Shown one piece after another: positions 16,115 through 30,305 of a DNA stretch of 64,000 nt (its first letter is position 1; every line of letters starts with the position of its first letter). Under the pieces are notes generated by a model. It saw only the letters and a program-made list of their open reading frames with translations, ran no database searches and was not told the origin of the DNA. The stretch is taken from assembly GCF_009914755.1 (NCBI RefSeq), contig NC_060935.1; one strand, 5' to 3'. Both the position numbers and the translations under genes were made by a program. Source of the DNA: the human T2T-CHM13v2.0 reference genome, Homo sapiens.

Positions 16115-18067
16115 AGAGACTTTTACACAAAGCGAGGTGCCTGATACCTGATCACGCTGCCAGAGCTGGCTCTGTTCAGTTTCCTGCCAGCCTCAGTGGG
16201 GGAACAAGACACTGGACTAGTAACTGCAGTTGGTCACGTCCTCACCCTCAGCACTCATTCACCAGACTCTGGACAATCTGTTTATTTTGAAGAAAAGACT
16301 CTGAACAAACAAGAAGAGGCTTTTTCAAAGGAGGAAAGCCAGGGTGTTAAATATCCTCCTTCATACGCTCAGCTTCCTTCCTTAAGGAAAGGCCCCAGTG
16401 GGAAACCGGAGGTGGGATCTGTCCAAGCAGGAAGGAGAGCCAGGAACCCACAGCAGTAGCCTGACCTGATGCCACAGCTAGACCTCAGCCTAACTCTGGC
16501 CTCCTGTTCTACATCCTCCTGCTTTGCCTACCCACTGACCACCTGTTCCTGGGGGCTCCTCCTGCAGGCCTGCCTCACTTGCCCTTCAGAGCCCACACTG
16601 GGAGCCCAGACTCACCCTGCCCTTATCAACAACATGACCTCTCACAAGGCACTTGGCCTTTCGGAGCCTTGGTTTTCTCATCCATAAAATAACCTTGCCT
16701 ATCTTGCCGGGTTGCCAGAGGAAGAGACTGCCAGAGGATGAGACGGTCATAATGTCCCATTCTGTGTCCCTGCACCACTTATTCTCTACTTCTCGGTCTA
16801 CTTGGCCTACTCCTCCTTGCCAGCCTGTGCCTCACACAGCCTATGTCTCACATTTATCAGTCCTCTGCTCTCCTCTGTTAGAGCTTCTGCACCTAAACCT
16901 TCACTCATCCCACTCATGCTCCAGACCCAACTGCCTCTTGGCTCTCTCTGCTTGCCTCTCCCATGAGTATCTCAAACTTGATTTATTAAAAACTGAACTC
17001 ATCATCTTCCTCTCCAAACTTGATCCTTATCTGGTGTTCTCCATCCCAGCAGTATCTTTAGCATCCATCCACCCAGCTGCTCAAATAAGAAACCTTGACT
17101 CTACCCCAACATTCATGGATAGCAGCAGCAGTGGCAGGAGCAGCAGCAGCCATTTTCTACCAGGTGGCCTGGGAAATAGAGAAAGCTGGACTGAAGCGAG
17201 ACAAAATGAAGCAAACACATGCCACAAAGCATGACAGAGAGTGGGAGGGAAAAGACTACCTAAGTTCCTAAAGAGCTTCACACTCTGGTTCTGTTCTTCA
17301 GCTGCTGCCTTACTCTTGGATTCTATGAGACTCCAGTACCTTTTCCAATAACCCCCACCCTTGTTCTTTTTTTTGGCTTATGTTAGAATTGGGTTTCTAC
17401 ACTTACAAATATAAGAGTTCTGATTAATATAAACAATTACATTAGTTATAGCAGGCTAGGTTGTGCTGTGACATGTAAGTGGCTGAACTCCAATGCATGT
17501 CCATCGTCAGCAGGGGGCTCTGATCATTGCAGTCCCTCAGGAAGCAGCCACCATCTTCAGTGTTGTTGGTCACTGTTCCAGAGGGAAACTCTGAAGGGCC
17601 TGGCACCAGCTAGTCAATGCTCCAGCTCAGAAGTGACATGCCACCTCCATTCATAAATTAACCAAAAGAAGTTAACCTTGCTCCTACTCACCCATGTTGG
17701 GGCCACAAAGCACAATCCTGCCATGTGTCCAGAAAGCAGAGAGCCAGAAATATTTGGTGAAGATTAAAAACTATCATATATTTTCTGCTGCCTATTCTGT
17801 GCCAGGCCCTGAGCCAGGGGCCAGGGACACAGGAATGAGTAAGTCATGGCCCTTCCTTAAAGGGCTCCCCATGACTACGATATAAAACCAATACTGTGAT
17901 GGGTCCACTGAGACTCTGCTGTGTCTCAGAACAAGGAAATGTCTAGATTAGGGGTCACCAACTCGAATGCCTACAGGGGCCAGGAAGCTAATGTCAACAA
18001 GTGGAGGAAGAGAGGGGAGGTGCTGCAGGTAACTGGAAAATGCAATTTTAAAAACATACCTGCTTCT

Positions 18068-18297
18068 GGCTGGGCATGGTGGCTCATGCCTGTTAATTCC
18101 AGCACTTTGGGAGGCCGAGGCGGGTGGATCACCTGAGGCCAGGAGTTCAAGACCAGCCTGGCCAACATGGTGAAACTCTGTCTCTACTAAAAATACAAAA
18201 ATTAGCTGGGCATGGTGGTGGATGCCTGTAATCCCAGCTACTTGAGAGGCTGAGGCAGGAGAATTGCTTGAACCCAGGGCGATAGAGTGAGACTCCG
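18068..18297 (+). mobile_element. Alu (AluS) with right-arm deletion, (CA)n tail
   Basis: GAACCCAG joins GGCGATAGAG, skipping ~50 nt of the right arm. Confidence 0.9.
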
Positions 18298-19819
18298 ACA
18301 CACACACACACACAAAACAACAACAAAACCGTACCTGCTTCCAATCATCAGGCAGATGGCCCAATGTTTCCAGATCTCTCTAATTTTCATGAGAAGCCAG
18401 AAAACCAAATTTTTACATGACAATTTCCCATTTTTTAAATGTTGGCAATTACTAAACTTAACCAGATACATACACACATACATAAAATCCTGTAAGCCTA
18501 AGAGAACACATCTGCAGGCCAGCACCATGAGGGCCAGTTTGTATCCCCCAAGTCCAGCACAGGAAGCAACAGTTTCCTGTACTCTGTGCTGGTCTGTCCA
18601 CACCAAGACTGCTGTGCTCAGCCGTGAGCGCTGCACCTAATGGGACACACATGAGCCGGGGCTGGTCCACAGACAGATGGGCAGGATGGGAGGAGACTTT
18701 AAATAGTTCAATTCCCCTTAATCGATATTTTCAAATAGCGTTGTGTATGTCAAGCCCAGTGCTACATGCTGGAGATGCAGAAGGAAACAAGGCAGAAGCA
18801 GCTCTACTCTTGCGGAGCCTATTGCCTTGAGGGGAACTCAAAGGATCTGGGGATAATTTCCCTGGAGAAGGCTCATGGAGGACAGACGGTAATAATAATG
18901 ATAAGATTTACTGAGCTTTTACTCTGGGCCAACATTACCCTCAATGCTTTACCTATAATTATGTCATCTAATTCTTACCACTATCCTTGTTTCATGTAAT
19001 GAAACTGAGGTTCAGGAAGGTCAAGCAAATCAGCCACTACAATTGTGTACAGATTCTCTATGGTCCAGAAGAATGGAACAGGCTGTCAAATGAGAGCACG
19101 TACTTAAGAGGCTAACACAGTATGACCATATGTGGCAATAAATGAGTGCTGAGTACATGTCTATTTCTTTTCCAGTCTCTGGAAGCATTCAAGAACAAGT
19201 TGTATGGTCATTTGTTAGGGTTGCTAGAGAGGGAGGCTGAGTATCAGATAGGTAGAAACACTGTGCACAGCCTTCCATCTATGAGAATCTAACTCCACTT
19301 TTCCTGGAATAATTATTTTCCTTTTTGGCAATAATAACAAAGTAATTATCAATGACTCCTCACTTCCACACCCCTACAACAGCAGCAGTAGCCCTGTGGA
19401 TGGGAGACTAAGGCCCAGGAAGAATATGGACCAAATTACAGGTGATAAACCATCAATCAAGTAATACTGATGGAATGTCCATGACACGTAAACCATATTG
19501 TTCCAAGCTCTAAATCAGTGTGCACAGCAGGAAAAGAGCATGAGAAAGGGGCTTATACCTAAGACTCAGTACTGGCTTTGGCATTAATTTACTTTGACTT
19601 TGAGAAGGTTTTTCCTAAGCCTTGCTTTCATCTCTTTACAATGAGGGGGTAGGAATATACCTCTAAAGTCCTTTTCAGCTTGAATAATTGATATAAATTA
19701 TTTGCATTAAAAAAAATCAGACCTCAGATGTAGGAGGATTCACCTTTCTTCCTAGAAGCCAGTGAGACCACAGAACCCTGGGAACTCAAAAGGACTTTAG
19801 ATGTGAGAATGGTCAGTCC

Positions 19820-20255
<436 letters not shown>

Positions 20256-20361
20256 TTTAAGGAGAAACTGAAGACCAGAGAGTAAATGACTTTTCCACAG
20301 AGCCAGAACTGGAACCAGGGTCCCCTGACTTCTCATTCGAGGCTCTTTCCACTCTTAATAG

Positions 20362-20872
20362 GCTGTGGTGGCCATTCTTCAAGATGGCCCCTAATAATCC
20401 TCACCTTCTGTTGCCCTAGTGAAGTCCCTTCCACACTGAACAGGGCTCATCTGTTAGAAGACTACAGAAATGCCTGTGTGACTTCTGAGGCTGGGTCATA
20501 AAAAACATTGTGGCTTCCAGCTTGTCTCTCTTTGGCATGACTTGCTCTAGGGGAAGCCAGTTGCCCTGTCATGAGAACAATTAAGCAACCCTATAGGGAG
20601 GTCCACACGGTAAGGAACTGAGGCCTCTTGTCAGCAACCATAACCAACCACGCAAGTGAATGCACCATATGGAGCGCTGATCCTCCAGCCCAGCCAAGCC
20701 TTTGAATAAGTGCAGTTCCAGCTGACATCTTAACTGCAAGTTCGTGTGAGACCCTAACCTAGAAACACCCAGCTAAGCTTCCCCCAAATTCCTGACCCAC
20801 AAACGAGATAATTAATGTTTACTGTTAAGTCACTAAGTTTTGATGATTTGTTACACAGCAACAGATAATACG
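20362..20872 (+). mobile_element. MaLR LTR (MLT1F-like)
   Basis: TGTGGTGG start ... TTAAGTCACTAAGTTTTG...TTGTTACACAGCAACAGATAATAC end. Confidence 0.7.
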
Positions 20873-21227
20873 CAGCCTTACAAATTTAGAGGTCTCATAT
20901 AAGAAAAACTCACTTCTATCTTTGGCATTTGTACAGTGTGAGAAATTATTCTTATCCTTCCTCCAGTCTTTGGCCTAGCTCAGGGTAACCCAACTAAAAA
21001 CTGCTAAATTATCAAACTTGGGGAATCAAACCCAGGAAGGTAAGATCCCATTTTATTCTTAGAAGGTTCTTCCCTTTTCCCTTTATTGCAGAAAGAACCC
21101 AGGTCTCTTGAGAATGAAAAAGCACTACATCACATCACCTTCACCTGGGCCATTCAGAGATTTGATTCCCACAAAATCAAAGGAACTAGAGCCCAGAATT
21201 GCTCAGTTAGACACAGTATTGAGGAAG

Positions 21228-21288
21228 CAACAATCGAGAAATGACAATCTATGACATCAACAATCGAGAAATAACAATCTATGACATC
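21228..21288. repeat. 30-bp tandem duplication
   Basis: CAACAATCGAGAAAT(G/A)ACAATCTATGACAT x2, one mismatch. Confidence 0.95.
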
Positions 21289-21568
21289 TGAATTTCTCTG
21301 AGACACTTCTGTCAATAGCAGTGCTAATGTTTTATATAGCATGTGTTGCTTTTCACAGTATTGTCACATCTAGTATCTCTGAGGTAGGTGGGAAAGATAT
21401 AAATAAAACAGGATACATATGAAAATAGTGGCTCAGAGCTCATGGTATGTCCTTAGTTTCATGATCAGTGAATGACAGGCCAGGTCTAAAATCTGGGTTT
21501 CAGTAGGTGACTCAAGTCAGACTTCATGCTTCCCAAGGCAGGAGCATCCTGGCTGTTATGAGTACTCT

Positions 21569-21820
<252 letters not shown>

Positions 21821-22058
21821 TTAGAGTAGATACCCTCCACTCTCCGGGCTTTGGTGTCCCTCTCAGGGCGATGAGAAAACTGGATTAGATCACCGGTTTT
21901 CAAATTTTGTTTCTGGAGAAACAAGGGATTGTACTCAGATGGGAAAAGGAAACAAATGAAAGGAAGGGGTGCGTGGCTTCAAGACAGCTGCACTCATCAT
22001 GAGGATTCCAGGAAATGTCTTTTAACAGATTCCAATACTTAAAAAAAAAAAAGCTTGG

Positions 22059-22418
<360 letters not shown>

Positions 22419-22519
22419 TCACTTCTCTTGTCTCTCCCTTCACAGAAATGCGTGTTGGACTAGATGTGAGGAGCCTTCTGCTTCTGAATATACGATATCT
22501 GAAAAGGGGCTTAAAAACT

Positions 22520-23412
<893 letters not shown>

Positions 23413-25603
23413 TTACATTCTTACAGCAGACGATAAGTATTTTAAGTATTAAGTAAATAAGGTTATTTCACGTATAAGGTGTTAAATGCTATGAAAAGAA
23501 AAATAAAACAGGGTAACGTGGTGTGTCCTGTGTTGAGCCCCTGGGGGACGCAAGAGGGAGATTAGCTTGCCTACAAGGTTATTGGTGGAGGTAGGGAGAA
23601 CTTAAAGATCAGCACCTGTAAGAAAGTGAAGGAAGCAGGAATTTGTAGGCAGAGGAAGAAGTTGGCCTGCAAAACAGTTGCAGCAGAGGCCTTGACCAAT
23701 CCCAAGGCATGCTTGGAGCCTAGGATGACCCTTCAGAGTAGTTCCACATTAAAGCAAGGGGGCCAGAAACTCTTATCCTTGCATTGACCAGTCATGGATA
23801 CAGGCTACACCTGGGGAGGAGCTGTGATTTTTTTTTTTTTTTTTTTTTTTTTTGGCAAGACTGCTTCCCTCGGTGGAGGGCGGCCCCCGGAGAAGGACTC
23901 AGTTGTGAATCATCAGTAACCAACTCCAGAAGCTGAGGGAATGACTGTCTAGGCCCTGAGGGGGTGTCTGGACCACAACATCAGCTATGTTGCAGTTAGA
24001 GTATCATTTAAACAAGTCTGAATTCAATGAATTTTTACTGAGGACTTTTCAGACACCATAGGTGTCTGAAAAACATTTCATAAACATAGACATAAAGATC
24101 CTAAGCAAATATTAGCAAATCAAATCCAGCAATTTATAAAAGGATTAATACATCATGATGAAGTAGGGTTTATCCCGGGAATGCAAGGTTGGTTTTGCAT
24201 TCTGAAATCAAACAATGTAATTTACCTTAAAAGAGAAAAGCCTTCATTGGAAGAAATAATAAAAATTTTTTTTAAAGAAAAGCTATGATTATGTTAAAAA
24301 ATACAGATAAATCTATTGGCAAAAATAAACACCTCTTCTGACCAAAATACTTAGCAATCTAGGAATAGAAGAGAAATTTTCCAGTCTGATGAAGGGTTCA
24401 AATTATCAATCAGGGTTTGGACAAGAGAAATCACATATGTACTATTTTAATTAAATGTTTTATTTGAGAAAATTGGACACTCATATGCAGTTGTAAGGAA
24501 TAATATGGACAGATTATATGTACCCTTTACCCAGCTTCCCCCAATGGAAACACCTTGCAAAACTGTAGTACAATATCACAACCAGGATACTGACATTGAT
24601 AAAGTCAAGATGCAGAACATTTTCATCACCACAAGGATCCCTCATGTTGCTCTTTGTAGTTACACTGCTTCTTAATTCCTGGCAAACGTCTGTGTTGTAT
24701 AGATGGAATCATACAGAGTGCAACCTTTTAGAATTTTTTTTTCACTCAGCATAATTATCTGGAGACTCATCCAAGTTGTTGCATGTATCAATAGCGCATT
24801 TCTTTTTATTGATGAGTAGTAGTCCATAGTATGAATGTACCACAGTTTGTTTAGCCATTCACTCACTGAAGAACACCTGGGTTGTTTCCAGTTTTCAGAT
24901 ATTCTGAGTAAAGGTACTGTAAACATTTGTGTACAGGTTTTTGTGTGAACTAAGTTTTCATCTCTCCGGAATAAATGCCCAGGAGTGCAGTTGCTGGGTT
25001 GCATGGTAGTTACATGTTTCGTTTTTTAAGAAACTGCCAAAATGCTTTCCAGAGCGGCTGTACCATTTTACATACCCACCACCAGTGTATGAATGATCAA
25101 GTTTGTCTGCATCCTCATGAGCATTAGCTTTTATTTTAGCCATTCTAATAGGTGTGTGGTGGTGTCTTATTGTGATTTTAATTTGTATTTCCCTATTGAC
25201 TAATGATGTAAGACATCTTTTCATGTGCTTATCTTCCATGTGTATATTCCCTTCAGTGAAATGTCTGTTCATGTCTTTTGCCCATTTTCTAATTAATTGT
25301 TTTTCGTACTGTTGAGTTTTGAGATATCTTTATATATTCTAGATATTAGCCCTTTGTCAAATATGTGCTTTGTAAACAGTTTCTCACAGTGTATGGCTTG
25401 TATTTTCATCCTCTTAACTGTATCTTTTGCAGAGCAAAAGTTTGTCATTGTGATAAGGTCCAATTTATCCACTTTTCCTTTTATTGATGCTTTTGGTTTA
25501 ATAACTCTTTGCCCAGCCCTAGATCCTGAAGACATTCTACTGCCTATTTTTTTAAAGATTTTTTATTTTACATTTAAGTCTATGATACATTTTGAGTTAA
25601 TTT

Positions 25604-25974
<371 letters not shown>

Positions 25975-26083
25975 TGAATTGCTTTTATGCCTTTGTCAAA
26001 ACCAGTTGGACATATTCGTGTGATCCTATTTCCAGTTTCTGTATTCTGTTCCATTGATCTATGTGTTTATTCCTCTACCAATA

Positions 26084-28082
26084 CAGGCTGAGCATCCGTA
26101 ATATAAAAATCTGAAATCTGAAATGCTCCAAAATCCTAAACTTTTTGAGTGCTGACATTATGCCACAAATGGAAAATTTCATACCTGACCTTATGTGAGT
26201 TGCAGTCAAAACACAGGTGCACAACACCCAGTTCATGCAACATCCCCAATGGGAAAAAAGACCCCCCCAGCTCTCTTCTGCTGCAGTTTTTCTGCTCACA
26301 CCTGGATTTCCCCATGCATTCCCACAAAAAGTAATTAAATGGCATGCGTGCAGGCTGGACACGCCAACAACAGGTTTCCCACAATGCCCCACATGGGGCC
26401 AAGACCTGTGTGCATTACTCATTGCATTTTTTTGCTTATTCTCTGCTGTGTGGTATAAATATATTGTTGAAAATGTCAAAAAGACCTAAAGATACCCCTG
26501 TGAATATCAGTGATAAGAAAAAGAGGAAGCATTTATGTTTATCTATAGCACAGAAAGTCAAGTTGTTGGAGAAACTGGACAGTGGTGTAAGTGTGAAACA
26601 TCTTACAGAAGAGTATGGTGTTGGAATGACCACCATATATGACCTGAAGAAACAGAAGGATAAACTGTTGAAGTTTTATGCTGAAAGTGATGAGCAGATA
26701 TTAATGAAAAATAGAAAAACACTTCATAAAGCTAAAAATGAAGATCTTGATCGTGTATTGAAAGAGTGGATCCGTCAGCGTCGCAGTGAACACATGCCAC
26801 TTAATGGTATGCTGATCATGAAACAAGCAAAGATATATCACAATGAACTAAAAATTGAGGGGAACTGTGAATATTCAACAGGCTGGTTGCAGAAATTTAA
26901 GAAAAGACATGGCATTAAATTTTTAAAGACTTGTGGCAATAAAGCATCTGCTGGTCATGAAGCAACAGAGAAGTTTACTGGCAATTTCAGTAATGATGAT
27001 GAACAAGATGGTAACTTTGAAGGATTCAGTATGTCAAGTGAGAAAAAAATAATGTCTGACCTCCTTACATATACAAAAAATATACATCCAGAGACTGTCA
27101 GTAAGCTGGAAGAAGAGGATATCAAAGATGTTTTTAACAGTAATAATGAGGCTCCAGTTGTTCATTCATTGTCCAATGGTGAAGTAACAAAAATGGTTCT
27201 GAATCAAGATGATCATGATGATAATGATAATGAAGATGATGTTAACACTGCAGAAAAAGTGCCTATAGACGACATGGTAAAAATGTGTGATGGGCTTATT
27301 AAAGGACTAGAGCAGCATGCATTCATAACAGAGCAAGAAATCATGTCAGTTTATAAAATCAAAGAGAGACTTCTAAGACAAAAAGCATCATTAATGAGGC
27401 AGATGACTCTGAAAGAAACATTTAAAAAAGCCATCCAGAGGAATGCTTCTTCCTCTCTACAGGACCCACTTCTTGGTCCCTCAACTGCTTCTGATGCTTC
27501 TTCTCACCTAAAAATAAAATAAAATACAGTGTACAGTAACCTTTTAGTCAAAACAGCATCATACTTGGAAACTGAAAGCCTACTGTTATTTGTTATTGTT
27601 GCTTAACAGCTGATACAGGTATTCTGGTGACACTACTGTGCTGGCTTACTTAACCTGAATACACTATTTTTTTCGTTGTATTACTGGTATGTCATTTTTT
27701 TTACTGTTAAGTACTTATGTGTGAATAAGTGTAAAAAAATGATTGCTTATCGGTAACATATAAATTCAGAATCAGGAATGATGGTGATGCCAAACAATCA
27801 CAGATCGTCCACATGGGTGGCGGAGATGTTAACACCTTTGCTTTCTGATGGTTCAGTGTATCCACACTTTGTTTCATGCCAAAATTATTTAAAATATTGT
27901 ATGAAATTACCTTCAGGCTATGTGTATAAAGTATATATGAAACATAAATGAACTTTATGTTTAAACTGGGATCTTATCCTCAAGCTATCTCATTGTGTAT
28001 GTGTAAATATTTCAAACTAAAAAAAAAAAAAATCTGAAACACTTCTGGTCCCAAGCATTTCAGACAAGGGATATTCAACCTG
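26084..28082 (+). mobile_element. Tigger4 (Zombi) pogo-family DNA transposon, internally deleted, both TIRs present
   Basis: TA|CAGGCTGAGCATCCGTAAT...AAATCTGAAATGCTCCAAAATC on the left; ...GGTCCCAAGCATTTCAGACAAGGGATATTCAACCTG on the right (reverse complement CAGGTTGAATATCCCT); host L1 resumes after 28082. Confidence 0.88.
26473..27522 (+). CDS. Intact 349-aa Tigger4/Jerky-like transposase-derived DNA-binding protein lacking the DDE domain
   Basis: MSKRPK...KKKRKH (NLS); LSIAQKVKLLEKLDSGVSVKHLTEEYGVGMTTIYDLKK (CENP-B N/psq HTH); LDRVLKEWIRQRRS..PLNGMLIMKQAK..STGWLQKFKKRHGI (Tc5 HTH); A at -3; open upstream to ATG 26344 (392 aa). Confidence 0.75.
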   Translation: MSKRPKDTPVNISDKKKRKHLCLSIAQKVKLLEKLDSGVSVKHLTEEYGVGMTTIYDLKKQKDKLLKFYAESDEQILMKNRKTLHKAKNEDLDRVLKEWIRQRRSEHMPLNGMLIMKQAKIYHNELKIEGNCEYSTGWLQKFKKRHGIKFLKTCGNKASAGHEATEKFTGNFSNDDEQDGNFEGFSMSSEKKIMSDLLTYTKNIHPETVSKLEEEDIKDVFNSNNEAPVVHSLSNGEVTKMVLNQDDHDDNDNEDDVNTAEKVPIDDMVKMCDGLIKGLEQHAFITEQEIMSVYKIKERLLRQKASLMRQMTLKETFKKAIQRNASSSLQDPLLGPSTASDASSHLKIK

Positions 28083-28238
28083 CCCTGCAGTCTTGATTAC
28101 TGTAACTGTATAATAAATCTTGAAATCAGGTAGCCTGATCCCACTTTATTTTTTTCTCAAAATGGTTTTAGTTATTCTAGTTCCTTTGCCTTTCCACACA
28201 AATTTTAGAATGATATGTATGTCTAAAAAATACTGTTG

Positions 28239-28589
<351 letters not shown>

Positions 28590-29529
28590 TTAAACTTTTA
28601 TATCAACTTGGGGAGAATTGACATATTTGCTACATTGGGTCTTCCAGTCCATGAACACAATATCTCTCACCATTTATCTAGATCTTCTTTGACTTGTTTC
28701 ATCAGCACTTTGTAGCTTTCAGCACACACATCATGTGTGTGTTTTGTTAGATTTATACCTAAGTATTTCACTGTTTTTTGAGTGATTGTAAATGGTATTT
28801 AAAATTTCTGTGTCTGCTACAAGTATATAGAAATGCAGTTGATTTTTTGTGTATTTATCTTGGGTCCTACTTTTTGCTAAACTCACTCATTAGTCCTATG
28901 AGTTTTTTGTAGATTCTTTAGGATTTTCTATGGAGACCATCATGTCATCTGCAAATTGGGACAGTTCTATTTTCTTCCTTTCTGATGTGTATGCCTGTAA
29001 TCCCCCCCCCCCCTTTTTTTTTTTTGCCTTAGAGCACTGACTAAAACTTTAGTACTATGTTGAATAAGAGTGGTAATAGCAGACATCCTTGCCTTGTTTC
29101 CAGTCTTGGAGGGAAAACATTCAGTCTTTCACCATTAAATATAATGTTAGCTATAGGTTTTTGGTAGATGCTTTTTATCAAGCTGAGGAAGTTCTCCCTT
29201 TACTACCATTTTTCTCAGAGTTTTTATCATGAATGGTGTTGAAATTTGAGAAAACTTTTTTTGTACTGATTGATAGAATCATGGTTTTTCTTTAGCCCAT
29301 TAATGTGTACATTACATTGACTGATTTTTGAATGATGACTAGCTTTGCATAGCTGGAATAAATCCCAGCTGTATAAATCTTTTACTACTTTGTTGCATTT
29401 GATTTGCAAATATTTTGTTAAGGATTTTTTGCATCTAAGTTTATGAGGGATATTGCCTGTAGTTTTCTTTCTTTTGTACTTCTTTGCCTGATTTGAGTAG
29501 AAGGGAAATACTAGTTTCATTAGATGAAT

Positions 29530-30305
29530 TTTTAAATCTTCAACTTTTAAGTTCAGGGGTACGTGTGCAAGATGTGCAGGTTTGTTACATGGGTAAAATT
29601 GTGCCATGGTGGTTTGCTGCACAGATCATTCCATAACCTGGGTATTAAGCCCAGCATCCATTAGCTGTTCTTCCTGATGCTCTCCGTCTCCCCACTCCAC
29701 CCCTGATAGGCCCTGGTGTGTGTTGTTCCCCCACCCCATGTGTCCATGTGTTCTCATCATTCAGCTCCCTCTTGTAAGTGAGAACATGTGGTGTATGGTT
29801 TTCTGTTTCTGCGTTAGTTTGCTGAGGATAATGGCTTCCAGCTCCATCCATGTCCCTGCAAAGGACATGATCTGGTTCCTTTTTATTGCTGCATAGTATT
29901 CCATAATGTATATGTACCGCATTTTCTTTATCCAGTCTATCATTGATGGGCATTTGGATTGATTCCACGTCTTTGCTATTGTGAATAGTGCAAATGAACA
30001 TACATGTGCATGTATCTTTATAATATAATAATTCATATTCCTCTGGGTACATACCCAGTAATGGGATTGCTGGGTCAAATGGTATTTCTGCCTCTAGGTC
30101 TTTGAAGAATCACCATACTGTCTTCTACAGTGGTTGACCTAATTAACATTCCCACCAACAGTATAAAAGTGTTCCTTTTTCTCTGCAACCTCGCCAGCAT
30201 CTGTTATTTTTTGACCTTTTAATAATCACCATTCTGACTGGCATGAGATGGTGTCTCATTGTGGTTTTGATTTACATTTCTCTGATGATTAGTGATGTTG
30301 AGCTT
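29530..30305 (-). mobile_element. L1PA/PB 3' fragment
   Basis: ORF2 C-terminus remnant (FTIAKTWNQSKCPSMIDWIKKM...MSFAGTWMELEAIILSKL) plus 3'UTR. Confidence 0.88.

Noticed and set aside
16653-17234. 193-aa ORF
   Set aside because: Overlaps L2-like (YLKLDLLKTELIIF) and LTR-like remnants, non-ATG start, no coherent domain
21228-21288. Direct repeats as a CRISPR-like array
   Set aside because: Only two adjacent copies, no spacers, eukaryotic context
27400-27423. Functional link between the PIP-like motif and neighbouring POLD3 (also a PCNA binder)
   Set aside because: The motif is inherited from the transposase; proximity is most likely coincidental
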